A stretch of 64,000 nucleotides of DNA from an uncultured Gammaproteobacteria bacterium (GTDB taxonomy: Bacteria > Pseudomonadota > Gammaproteobacteria > Steroidobacterales > Rariloculaceae). The position numbers and the translations under genes are program-made. Below are positions 55,577 to 64,000 of the stretch, piece after piece. The stretch spans positions 2,400-66,399 of the forward strand of contig CAYXNS010000008.1 in NCBI GenBank assembly GCA_964466315.1, given 5' to 3'. The first letter of the stretch is position 1. Each line of letters begins with the position of its first letter. The notes beneath the pieces are model-generated. The model saw only the letters and a list, made by a program, of their open reading frames with translations, made no database searches and was not told where the DNA came from.

Positions 55577-56215
55577 CTAAATGCGGTACCATTTGCTGCG
55601 CAATACGTCGATCACCCGGTCTGCGTAGCCTCGGCGGCCCAGGCTGCCGTTGTAACGTGCCAGGGCACGCACGAGTTCGCCGTTCTCGAGATCCAGGTAG
55701 TACTTCAGAATCCGGCAACCGAGCAGCAGGTTGTATCGCACTTCGAACAGGTCGCTCTGATCGCCGCCGCCGAGTTCTTCGACCCAGAATGGCATCACTT
55801 GCATGAGACCCAGCGCGCTGCTCGACGAGATTGCGAAACGATCGAAGTTACTCTCGACCTCGATCACCGCGAGCACGAGTTCGGGCGAAAGATCCGTTCG
55901 TGTGGCTTCGTGATGGACAGTGCGCAAGATGTGCAGGCGTTCGTTGAGGTCTGGTACCTGGGCGGCGAGACGTTGCGACATATCGGTGAGCCAGACCTCC
56001 GCCGAGAATCGATCGTTGAAGCTGTCGGCATCGGCAACTGCTTCGAGCAGAATCGAACGAAGCTCTGGATCGACGGTTGCGCTCCGATTGTCGAGCATCG
56101 GGTGTTGCCCCCAGCCGCTTCCCGTCACGAGGCCCAGTGCCAGGAACGACAGCAATGCGATCTGCCGGCAGGCAGATCGACTCGTGGCCCATGCCGTCGC
56201 CGGATACCCTTTCAT
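55577..56215 (-). CDS. Lytic transglycosylase (SLT domain) protein
   Basis: Signal peptide. Catalytic block [26 protein letters not shown], and YNGS motif (ARYNGSLG). Confidence 0.82.
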   Translation of the reverse strand: MKGYPATAWATSRSACRQIALLSFLALGLVTGSGWGQHPMLDNRSATVDPELRSILLEAVADADSFNDRFSAEVWLTDMSQRLAAQVPDLNERLHILRTVHHEATRTDLSPELVLAVIEVESNFDRFAISSSSALGLMQVMPFWVEELGGGDQSDLFEVRYNLLLGCRILKYYLDLENGELVRALARYNGSLGRRGYADRVIDVLRSKWYRI

Positions 56216-57921
56216 GAGTGACGTCTCTCCGTGAGAAATTTGCTCAGAGTGGAAACCGCGACCATCTCCGTATCCACGGAATGGCGTGACTTGTATTCGA
56301 TCTGGCCTTCGTCCCAGGTTTTCTCGGCGATTACGAGGCGGTGAGGTATACCGATGAGATCGGCATCAGCGAATTTGACGCCTGGCCTCTGTGGCCGGTC
56401 GTCGAAGAGCACCTGAAATCCCTCGTCCTGTAGCTGTCCGTACAGTGCCGCGGCAGCCTCTTTGACGCGATATGACTTGTCGAGGTTGATAGGGATCAAG
56501 GCGACGTCGAACGGGGCGATCGCGTCGGGCCAGAGAATGCCGCGCTCGTCGTTATTCTGCTCGATCGCCGCGGCGACGACGCGCGTAACGCCTATGCCGT
56601 AGCATCCCATCTGCATGGCGCAGGCCTTGCCATCCCGATCGAGGACCATCGCCTCCATGGCATCACTGTATTTACTTCCCAGTTGAAAGATGTGACCGAC
56701 TTCAATTCCTCGCGCAATCGCGAGCGGGCCACCACCCGATGGGCTCGGGTCGCCGGCGACGGCATTACGCAGGTCTGCGATCTCCGGCACTGGCAGATCG
56801 CGCTCCCAGTTCACGCCGCGGTAATGGTGGTCGGGTTGATTCGCACCGCACACGAAATCACTGAGGTCGGCGACCGCTCGATCGGCATAGATCGGTATCT
56901 TGAGATCCTTTGGCCCGAGATATCCCGGCTCGCAGCCCGTCGTTGCTGCTACCTCTGCAGATCTGAGCATTCGTAACGGACGCGCGACGCTGGGTAGTGA
57001 TTCGGCCTTGATGCGATTCAGATCATGTTGGCCGCGGAGGAGTAAAGCGACGGCCGGCGCCTCCGTCCCGGCGACGACCAGTGTTTTCAAGCAAATTTCG
57101 GGGGTGACGTTGAGGAATGTGCTGAGTTCTTCGATGCTGCGAATATCAGGCGTATGCACGAGTTCCAGGTCGTCCTTGGCCGCGCCGCGTGCCGCCGCGC
57201 CGGATTCGATCGCGACAGTTTCCAGGTTCGCCGAGTAACCATCGGCCTCGCAGTAGGCGATTGCATCCTCGCCCGACTCGGCCAGGACATGAAATTCCTC
57301 GGACCGGCTCCCGCCGATCGCTCCCGGGTCTGCCTGAACGATCCGAAACTCGAGTTGAAGGCGTGTGAAGATTCGGTCATAAGCGACGCGCATCGATTCG
57401 TACCCTTCGAGCAGTGAGGCTTCGTCGAGATGAAAGGAGTACGCGTCCTTCATCGTGAACTCGCGCGCGCGCATCACACCGAACCGCGGTCGAATCTCGT
57501 CGCGGAACTTTGTCTGAATCTGATAGTAATTGACGGGTAGTTGCCGGTAACTGTCGAGTTCCGTGCGAGCGATGTCCGTGATGACTTCCTCGTGAGTCGG
57601 GCCCAGACAGAACTCCCTCTCGTGTCGATCCTTGAGGCGCAGCAGTTCCGGCCCATACGCCTCCCAGCGCTCGGACTCGCGCCACAGCTCGGCGGGTTGA
57701 ACGACAGGCATGGCGAGCTCGAGGGCGCCCGCGCGATCCATTTCCTCGCGGATGATGGCTTCGACCTTGTGCAGGACGCGCAAACCGAGCGGTAGCCAGG
57801 TGTAAAGACCGGATGCCAAACGCCTGATGAGACCTGCGCGCAGCATCAGGCGATGACTTGCAATTTCAGCCTCCGCCGGTACTTCTTTATAGGTTTTCAG
57901 GGAAAAATTCGTTAGTAGCAT
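56212..57921 (-). CDS. proS: Proline--tRNA ligase
   Basis: 569 aa bacterial-type ProRS with an editing insertion. [55 protein letters not shown]. Confidence 0.95.
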   Translation of the reverse strand: MLLTNFSLKTYKEVPAEAEIASHRLMLRAGLIRRLASGLYTWLPLGLRVLHKVEAIIREEMDRAGALELAMPVVQPAELWRESERWEAYGPELLRLKDRHEREFCLGPTHEEVITDIARTELDSYRQLPVNYYQIQTKFRDEIRPRFGVMRAREFTMKDAYSFHLDEASLLEGYESMRVAYDRIFTRLQLEFRIVQADPGAIGGSRSEEFHVLAESGEDAIAYCEADGYSANLETVAIESGAAARGAAKDDLELVHTPDIRSIEELSTFLNVTPEICLKTLVVAGTEAPAVALLLRGQHDLNRIKAESLPSVARPLRMLRSAEVAATTGCEPGYLGPKDLKIPIYADRAVADLSDFVCGANQPDHHYRGVNWERDLPVPEIADLRNAVAGDPSPSGGGPLAIARGIEVGHIFQLGSKYSDAMEAMVLDRDGKACAMQMGCYGIGVTRVVAAAIEQNNDERGILWPDAIAPFDVALIPINLDKSYRVKEAAAALYGQLQDEGFQVLFDDRPQRPGVKFADADLIGIPHRLVIAEKTWDEGQIEYKSRHSVDTEMVAVSTLSKFLTERRHS

Positions 57922-58006
57922 GGCCGCAAGTGTCTCAAGAAAGCATTGCGTCGGCTAGCCAAATCCCGCAGCATCACAAGGATGGATCATTTCTCATTCA
58001 AAGATC

Positions 58007-58783
58007 ATGGCCGGTTCTTCAGCGGATAGATCTCGGCGCAGGGGGATTTACCTCTTGCCGAATCTCCTGACGACCGGCGCATTGTTCGCCGGGTTCTATT
58101 CGATCATCGCCGCGATTGACGGCAATTTTCTCGGCGCGGCGTGGGCGATCTATATCGCAATGTTTCTAGATGGCCTAGACGGGCGTGTCGCGCGCATGAC
58201 GAGCACGGAAAGCGATTTCGGCAAGGAGTTCGATAGCTTGGCCGACATGGTGTCTTTCGGGCTGGCTCCGGCGATCGTCATCTACCAGTGGGGGCTGGAG
58301 CACTTACCCGAGTACGCAGCGCTGTGGGGTAGGCTGGGTTGGCTGGCTGCGTTTCTGTTTACGGTTGCTGCGGCATTCAGGCTTGCGCGATTCAATACGA
58401 GCACGAAGATCGACGATAAGCATTTTTTCCAGGGGCTGCCGAGTCCTCCCGCGGCGTCGGGAATAGCAGCAACGGTTTGGCTCAGCATCGAGTACGATAT
58501 TGGCGGCATGCTCGCGCTCGTCGTGGGTTTGGCCGTGACCGCGTTGGGCGGGCTGGCTATGATGTCGAATCTGCGCTATCTGAGCTTTAAGGACTTCAAC
58601 CTCAGTAGCCGCGTCCGATACGGCAATCTACTCATGATTCCGCTGCTGTTGATCCTCGTCTCGCTGAATCCGCCGGTCGCCCTGTTTGCGATGTACTTCA
58701 CTTACTCGACCGCCGGCCCCGTGATCTGGCTATGGCGCAAGCTACGCCGGCATAGTAACTCGCGGGGAGCAATGAACGCGTGA
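58007..58783 (+). CDS. pssA: CDP-diacylglycerol--serine O-phosphatidyltransferase (type II)
   Basis: IYLLPNLLTTGALFAGF, DGLDGRVARMTSTESDFGKEFDSLADMVSFG. Confidence 0.88.
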   Translation: MAGSSADRSRRRGIYLLPNLLTTGALFAGFYSIIAAIDGNFLGAAWAIYIAMFLDGLDGRVARMTSTESDFGKEFDSLADMVSFGLAPAIVIYQWGLEHLPEYAALWGRLGWLAAFLFTVAAAFRLARFNTSTKIDDKHFFQGLPSPPAASGIAATVWLSIEYDIGGMLALVVGLAVTALGGLAMMSNLRYLSFKDFNLSSRVRYGNLLMIPLLLILVSLNPPVALFAMYFTYSTAGPVIWLWRKLRRHSNSRGAMNA

Positions 58784-59439
58784 CCGCTGCGCGCGAGCAC
58801 TATCTCGCCGCGATGGGTATCCCCGTGTGGGCGTTGCGCGGCGAAGAGGATCAGGGGCCGGCGGAATCCGGAGCGGAATCGCTCGATTGGCTCGCTCTGG
58901 CCGAACGCGTGCGCGGTTGTGCTAAGTGTGCATTGCACGGCGGCCGAACACAGACTGTCTTCGGCGTAGGGAACGAAGATGCGGATCTCTTAATCGTCGG
59001 GGAAGCGCCGGGTGCCGAAGAGGATCGCCGGGGTGAGCCGTTCGTCGGACGCGCCGGCGGACTTCTGGATGCGATGATCGGTGCGATCGCACTCAGTCGC
59101 GAGGAAATTTACATAGCGAATATCCTGAAGTGTCGGCCACCGAATAATCGCGACCCGCGACCGGATGAGGCGATGGTTTGCACACCTTATCTCGAGCGGC
59201 AGATAGCACTTCTACAGCCCAAGGTCATTCTTGCGCTCGGCCGGATTGCGGCGCAGTGGTTATTGCAGTCGGATGCGCCCATCGGTAGGCTCAGAGGGCG
59301 GAAACTTGGCTTCGGCAATCCGGAGACGCCCTTGGTTGCGACCTATCACCCGGCCTATCTGTTGCGGAGTCCAGCGGCGAAAGCCAAGGTCTGGGAGGAT
59401 CTCAGGCTCGTAACGCGAATTCTTCGAACACAACGATGA
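58780..59439 (+). CDS. Uracil-DNA glycosylase, family 4
   Basis: [47 protein letters not shown]. 4-nt overlaps with both neighbours. Confidence 0.88.
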   Translation: MTAAREHYLAAMGIPVWALRGEEDQGPAESGAESLDWLALAERVRGCAKCALHGGRTQTVFGVGNEDADLLIVGEAPGAEEDRRGEPFVGRAGGLLDAMIGAIALSREEIYIANILKCRPPNNRDPRPDEAMVCTPYLERQIALLQPKVILALGRIAAQWLLQSDAPIGRLRGRKLGFGNPETPLVATYHPAYLLRSPAAKAKVWEDLRLVTRILRTQR

Positions 59440-59909
59440 ACGCTTCGGTACAACCTCAAACTCAACTTCGCGCAATGCGGCCCGCGGATCTCAAGGCCGT
59501 AGCTGCGGTAGAGCTGTCGAGTTACCAGTTTCCCTGGAGTATCGGGATCGTCCGGGACTGCCTGCTCGCCGGGTATCACAGCCAGGTACTCGAAGTCGCA
59601 GGCGTCATCAATGGCTACAGCATAATGTCGACCGCCGGAGCCGAGGCACATCTGTTGAATCTATGCGTTCATCCCAGCTGTCAACGGTTGGGTTTCGGCC
59701 GCCGCTTGCTCAATGCCGCATTGTTGCGTGCGGAAGGGCTCGCCGTGGAGCGGGTGTTTCTCGAGGTTCGCCCATCGAACGCCGCGGCGATCGCGTTGTA
59801 CCAGTCCGCGGGCTTCGAGTTGATCGGTACGCGCCCATCTTATTACCAAGCCGAAGATGGGCGTGAAAACGCAGTGATATTCGCGGCGTCGATAGATCCT
59901 ACGGACTGA
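59436..59909 (+). CDS. rimI: Ribosomal-protein-alanine N-acetyltransferase
   Basis: GNAT fold with the acetyl-CoA motif VHPSCQRLGFGRRLL. Size and context typical of RimI. Confidence 0.8.
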   Translation: MNASVQPQTQLRAMRPADLKAVAAVELSSYQFPWSIGIVRDCLLAGYHSQVLEVAGVINGYSIMSTAGAEAHLLNLCVHPSCQRLGFGRRLLNAALLRAEGLAVERVFLEVRPSNAAAIALYQSAGFELIGTRPSYYQAEDGRENAVIFAASIDPTD

Positions 59910-59935
59910 CTCGCTAACTCAAGGCCTACCCGATC

Positions 59936-61522
59936 ATGTCCGACCAGCTGGAGCGCCGTACGTTCGCGATCATTTCGCATCCGGACGCGGGCAAGACCAC
60001 ACTTACGGAAAAATTCCTCCTGTTCGGCGGAGCCATCCAGATGGCCGGGACGGTCAAGGGGCGTAAAGCACAGCGCCACGCCAGAGCGGATTGGATGCAG
60101 CTCGAACAGGAACGCGGCATCTCCGTCACGTCTTCGGTCATGCAGTTCCTTTATGACGGGAGACTCATCAATCTGCTAGATACACCGGGTCATGAAGACT
60201 TCTCGGAGGATACGTATCGCACGCTGACGGCGGTCGACAGCGCTCTGATGGTGATCGACGTGGGCAAGGGTGTTGAGTTGCGCACGATCAAACTCATGGA
60301 AGTTTGCCGCTTGCGTAATACGCCGATCATGAGCTTCATCAACAAGCTCGACCGTGATGGGCGTGATCCTCTCGAACTGCTCGACGAGATCGAGACGATC
60401 CTGAAGATCGAATGCGCTCCCGTGACCTGGCCGATCGGGATGGGACGGGAGTTTAGGGGCATCTACCACTTCGCCGACGACTGCATCAATCTTTACGAGC
60501 GTGGCGATTCGAGCCGTATCTCCGAATCGAAGCAGATTGTTGGCTTGGCGTCGCCGGAAGTCGGTGAGCTGCTCGGAAGCGATGCAGAGGCATTGCGAGA
60601 GCAGGTTGACCTGATTCGGGGTGCGAGCCCGGAATTCGACGCCAGTCGTTACCTCAATGGCCAGCAGACTCCAGTGTTCTTCGGCGCCGCGATACAGAAC
60701 TTCGGCGTGAAGGAGTTACTCGATGCCTTCGTCGCGAATTCACCACCGCCGCAACCGCGGGCGAAGGTCGATCGAATCGTCGATCCGGCCGAGGGGGACT
60801 TAAGTGGGTTCGTGTTCAAGATTCAAGCGAACATGGATCCGGCTCACCGGGATCGGATCGCGTTTCTGCGCGTGTGCTCCGGTACCTACACGCCGGGTAT
60901 GCGCCTATATCACACGCGGCTCAAGCGCGAGGTTCGCGTCGGTGAAGCCATCACGTTTATGGCCGCCGACAGGCAGCATGTCGACGAGGCGGTCGCCGGT
61001 GACATCATCGGGCTCCATAATCACGGGACGATCAATATCGGCGACAGCTTCTCCCAGGGGGAGGATCTTGTATTCACCGGAATCCCGGATTTCGCGCCCG
61101 AGTTGTTTCGTAGAGCCGTACTCAAGGATCCGCTGCGGCTCAAGGCGCTGAATAAAGGCTTGGACCAGCTGTGCGAAGAGGGTGCGACCCAGCTCTTCCG
61201 CCCGTTGTCGAGTAACGATTTGATTCTCGGCGCCGTTGGGCCGCTGCAGTTCGATGTCGCTTCATTCCGTTTGCGCGATGAATATGGGGTCGAGTGTGCG
61301 TTCGAGCCCGTGAACGTCGTCACGGCGCGCTGGATCACAGCCGCCGATTCGAAGCTTCTCGAGGATTTCACGCGTAAGCAGAAGGCCAGCCTGGCGCTCG
61401 ATCACACCGGTCGGCTCGTCTATCTCGCGACGACGTCCGTGCGGCTTAACCTCACCGAGGAGCGCTGGCCCGACGTCAATTTTCAGGCAACCCGAGAGCA
61501 TGGCAGCACCGCCGCGGGCTGA
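59936..61522 (+). CDS. prfC: Peptide chain release factor 3
   Basis: [33 protein letters not shown], 528 aa. Confidence 0.95.
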   Translation: MSDQLERRTFAIISHPDAGKTTLTEKFLLFGGAIQMAGTVKGRKAQRHARADWMQLEQERGISVTSSVMQFLYDGRLINLLDTPGHEDFSEDTYRTLTAVDSALMVIDVGKGVELRTIKLMEVCRLRNTPIMSFINKLDRDGRDPLELLDEIETILKIECAPVTWPIGMGREFRGIYHFADDCINLYERGDSSRISESKQIVGLASPEVGELLGSDAEALREQVDLIRGASPEFDASRYLNGQQTPVFFGAAIQNFGVKELLDAFVANSPPPQPRAKVDRIVDPAEGDLSGFVFKIQANMDPAHRDRIAFLRVCSGTYTPGMRLYHTRLKREVRVGEAITFMAADRQHVDEAVAGDIIGLHNHGTINIGDSFSQGEDLVFTGIPDFAPELFRRAVLKDPLRLKALNKGLDQLCEEGATQLFRPLSSNDLILGAVGPLQFDVASFRLRDEYGVECAFEPVNVVTARWITAADSKLLEDFTRKQKASLALDHTGRLVYLATTSVRLNLTEERWPDVNFQATREHGSTAAG

Positions 61523-61601
61523 CGATGCAGGAGCGGCCGCCTGGTCGCGATCAATGCTTGTGGTTGGGGGCGGTCACTCCTTCGGGGATAAGGTGGCTTT
61601 G

Positions 61602-63596
61602 CTACTGGGCGAGGCGGGGTTTGAAGCCTTTCACCAGGCGTTTGAGCCGCTCCAACTGGCTACCGCCCTCGTCGAGTTCATAGCGCGCCTTGACGTAAGC
61701 GTCCGTAATTTCAGCGATATCGATCGACGCGTTCGGGACGGTTTCGGCCGCCCGCCGTGCGAAATCCACGGGCCCTTCGGCCGGCCGGCGTGGCGGTACC
61801 TTCGCGCGGCTGAGCTTGTGGCAGAACTTCCCGAAGTAACGAGCAGCTGCATCGTTTCGCTGCCCACTCCGAAAGGTCCAGGCAAGGTAGAGCGTCAGCG
61901 CGCCCAGGAGCAGCACGAGGAGTCCGGCGCCGAGAGCGATCAGCTTGCTCCAATGGGGGCGCGCGAATCCCAACGATCGCAGTAGCGCTCGTTGGATTTC
62001 GGGGCCGTAACCCAGAACCCAGTCGTTCCAGTAAGTGTTCGCGGCATCCCAGGCCAGCGCCATACTCTTCAGCCACGGCAGGTTACGGAAGCCACCCGCC
62101 GCTCGCTGTCCCGCGAGAGAGCCGCTCGAAAGACCGGATTGGATTCGATCCGGCGCGACGGCTGCCGTTGGATCGACGCGCACCCAGCCTTCGCCTTCGA
62201 GCCAGACTTCGGTCCACGCATGCGCGTTCGACTGGTAGATGATGTAGTACTGACCCAGGGGGTTGAGTTCGCCTCCCTGATAACCTGTCACGACACGGGC
62301 CGGGATACCCGCCGCGCGCATGAGAACGGTGAACGCGGATGCGTAGTGCTCGCAAAATCCTTCGCGGGTCTCGAATAAGAAATCATCGGCCGCGTGGGCG
62401 CCGAGTGGCGGTGGCGTGAGCGTGTAATAGAAGGTTTCGGCGCGGAAGATTGCGAGCGCGTTGCGAATGATGTCGCGCGGCTCGGCGGAAGTTGCGCGCC
62501 ACTCGTTCGCGAGTTCTCGGCTGCGCGGATTGTTGCCGTCCGGGAGATAGAGGTAGACGTCGCGTTGTGCCTCCGTCAACGTCTCGCCCGCGTGGTACGC
62601 CGGGTAAGACCGCAGGTCGTACTCCTGCCGCGAGCGGATCGATCGTGGGAAACGAATGAGCTGGTAATGGCTCTCCATGACGATGTTCTCGTCGTCCGGC
62701 CATTCGGCGGGCATGTCCAGCGCGAAAACCCAACGTCGCCCGTTCGGTTCCAGCATCAAGCGGTAGTCGATGGGGTCGCCCGAGAAGTCCAGCGTGTCGA
62801 CGATACTGCCGCGCAGTTGCGTGCCTTCCCCTGACCACGTTCGGCCATTGAAGTTACTGAGCACGGGACCGCGCCAATACAGTTGGTCAGGACCCGGCAG
62901 TCGGCCGTAGAACTCGACTCGGAAAGCGACCGCGTCGGATAGGCCCAGTTGCGTAATGTCGCCCGGACTCATCGTATCGGAGAGGCCACTGCGTCCGCTC
63001 GTGTTGACGCCCGGAATTGCCCATAACGGGCCTGGTAGTCGAGGAAACAACAGGAAGAGCACGAGCATGATCGGTAACGCCTGTAATAGCAGGCGGCCCG
63101 AGAGCCGGATCGTCTCCCGTGCACTGAGGAGCGGCCCATGGCGACCGAGCTGCATGAGGCCGACGGTCGTGAACCATACGAAGCCGATGAGATAAACGAC
63201 GACGAGAGGGCTGCGCTGGGCCAGGAGGCCGGCGAACAGGAGGAAGAAAGAAATAATAATCAGCACGAGCTGATCGCGGTGCGTACGCGTCTCGAGGAAT
63301 TTGAGCGCCATCATGATCACGAGAAGTGCGCTGCCCGCCTCGATGCCGTTTACCGTGTGGTAGCGTTCCAGCACAGCGGCGAGCGCGCTGATGGCGAGTA
63401 CGATGCGGATGACTCCGTTAGGTAGTGGCCAGTTGAACAGATCGCCAGCGAGCCGCCAGCCGATACAGGTGCAGAGCAGAAAGGGCGCCCAGAAGGGTAG
63501 CGTGGGCCAATGCGGCAGGCTGGCACCGGCAACCACGCCGGCCGTCCAGATCACGCGTTGGGTTTCACTGCGGATACCGATCGCTAGCGCGTTCAT
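61602..63596 (-). CDS. Transglutaminase-like membrane protein (TgpA type: DUF3488 + transglutaminase core)
   Basis: Trimmed to MNALAIGIR (ATGA overlap with the upstream DUF58 gene). Multi-TM N-terminal half, Cys-His-Asp core REGFCEHYASAF ... NAHAWTEVW ... VRVDPT. Confidence 0.82.
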   Translation of the reverse strand: MNALAIGIRSETQRVIWTAGVVAGASLPHWPTLPFWAPFLLCTCIGWRLAGDLFNWPLPNGVIRIVLAISALAAVLERYHTVNGIEAGSALLVIMMALKFLETRTHRDQLVLIIISFFLLFAGLLAQRSPLVVVYLIGFVWFTTVGLMQLGRHGPLLSARETIRLSGRLLLQALPIMLVLFLLFPRLPGPLWAIPGVNTSGRSGLSDTMSPGDITQLGLSDAVAFRVEFYGRLPGPDQLYWRGPVLSNFNGRTWSGEGTQLRGSIVDTLDFSGDPIDYRLMLEPNGRRWVFALDMPAEWPDDENIVMESHYQLIRFPRSIRSRQEYDLRSYPAYHAGETLTEAQRDVYLYLPDGNNPRSRELANEWRATSAEPRDIIRNALAIFRAETFYYTLTPPPLGAHAADDFLFETREGFCEHYASAFTVLMRAAGIPARVVTGYQGGELNPLGQYYIIYQSNAHAWTEVWLEGEGWVRVDPTAAVAPDRIQSGLSSGSLAGQRAAGGFRNLPWLKSMALAWDAANTYWNDWVLGYGPEIQRALLRSLGFARPHWSKLIALGAGLLVLLLGALTLYLAWTFRSGQRNDAAARYFGKFCHKLSRAKVPPRRPAEGPVDFARRAAETVPNASIDIAEITDAYVKARYELDEGGSQLERLKRLVKGFKPRLAQ

Positions 63597-64000
63597 GGAT
63601 CCACGGCGTCGTCGAACAATGCCAGCATTCTGAGGCATTCGTGAAGATGATCGCGCCCGGCCCCGAGTTCGATTTTCTGGCCCGGAATGCTGAGCCCGAA
63701 CGCGCAGCCTTCTTCGGCCGCGTCGAGGCACCAGCGAGTCAACTGTGACAGGCGTTCCTCGACGTCGAGTCCGGAGAGAGAGTTCCAGTCGAGTATCTGT
63801 GCTCTCTGTTCGCCGCCGGCAAACTGCTTCGTTACGAGTTCGTCGTTGCGAGCATACGCCTTCCAGGCGATGTGTTGCGGTGGATCGCCCGGGATTGCGG
63901 TTCGGAGCCCCGCGAAGTCTGCATCGCCGTGCTGTCCCGTATCCTGTGAGCCGCCGATGGGTCCTGTCAGGGGCATTGACTTACCCGGGCTCACCGGCTT
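63593..64000 (-). CDS. DUF58 (vWA-like, MoxR-associated) protein, 5'-truncated by the window edge
   Basis: DFAGLRTAIPGDPPQHIAWKAYARNDELVTKQF is the characteristic DUF58 block. The ORF is open to the end of the window. Confidence 0.7.
   Translation of the reverse strand, partial: KPVSPGKSMPLTGPIGGSQDTGQHGDADFAGLRTAIPGDPPQHIAWKAYARNDELVTKQFAGGEQRAQILDWNSLSGLDVEERLSQLTRWCLDAAEEGCAFGLSIPGQKIELGAGRDHLHECLRMLALFDDAVDP

Overview
This 64-kb bacterial chromosomal segment is roughly 50-65% GC by hand counts of a few lines only, and its core gene order is gammaproteobacterial in type. I call about 70 protein-coding features. I recognised no rRNA, tRNA, CRISPR array, transposase or integrase.

Layout:
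(1) 0.3-10.4 kb is a catabolic and transport cluster. The minus strand carries a class-III aminotransferase, a group-II (aromatic amino acid type) decarboxylase, a long arylsulfatase and a polar-amino-acid ABC transporter. An aldehyde dehydrogenase is divergent. A leader of about 120 nt, including the first ~10 codons of the binding-protein gene, is present twice, in front of the transporter operon and in front of the sulfatase operon.
(2) 10.5-31.5 kb is mixed accessory content: a LigAB-like extradiol dioxygenase with a TctC/Bug-like binding protein, a secreted metallo-beta-lactamase-fold protein with an inserted EF-hand pair, fdxA, a PadR pair, a TetR plus DMT exporter pair, YceI, a DAACS symporter, proC, two large secreted proteins (DUF4139-like and DUF4382-like), a GAF-PAS-PAS-GGDEF-EAL protein and nadC.
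(3) 31.7-42.1 kb is core: grxD, rnt, an M17 peptidase, and the tight minus-strand string metG-rnfABCDGE-nth.
(4) 42.2-46.7 kb is the most unusual locus. A tightly packed three-gene cassette (HEAT-repeat Hanks-type Ser/Thr kinase plus two PilT-family ATPases) sits between metG and apbC-dcd, a pair that is normally adjacent. No other pilus genes occur in the window.
(5) 46.9-64 kb is core: apbC, dcd, purMN, hda, wrbA, proS, pssA, a family-4 UDG, rimI, prfC, and tgpA-DUF58 at the window edge.

Four otherwise recognisable genes are interrupted by three single-base frameshifts and one in-frame TGA. This points either to indel-prone assembly or to ongoing gene decay. All family assignments come from motif recognition by eye, and no database search was run.
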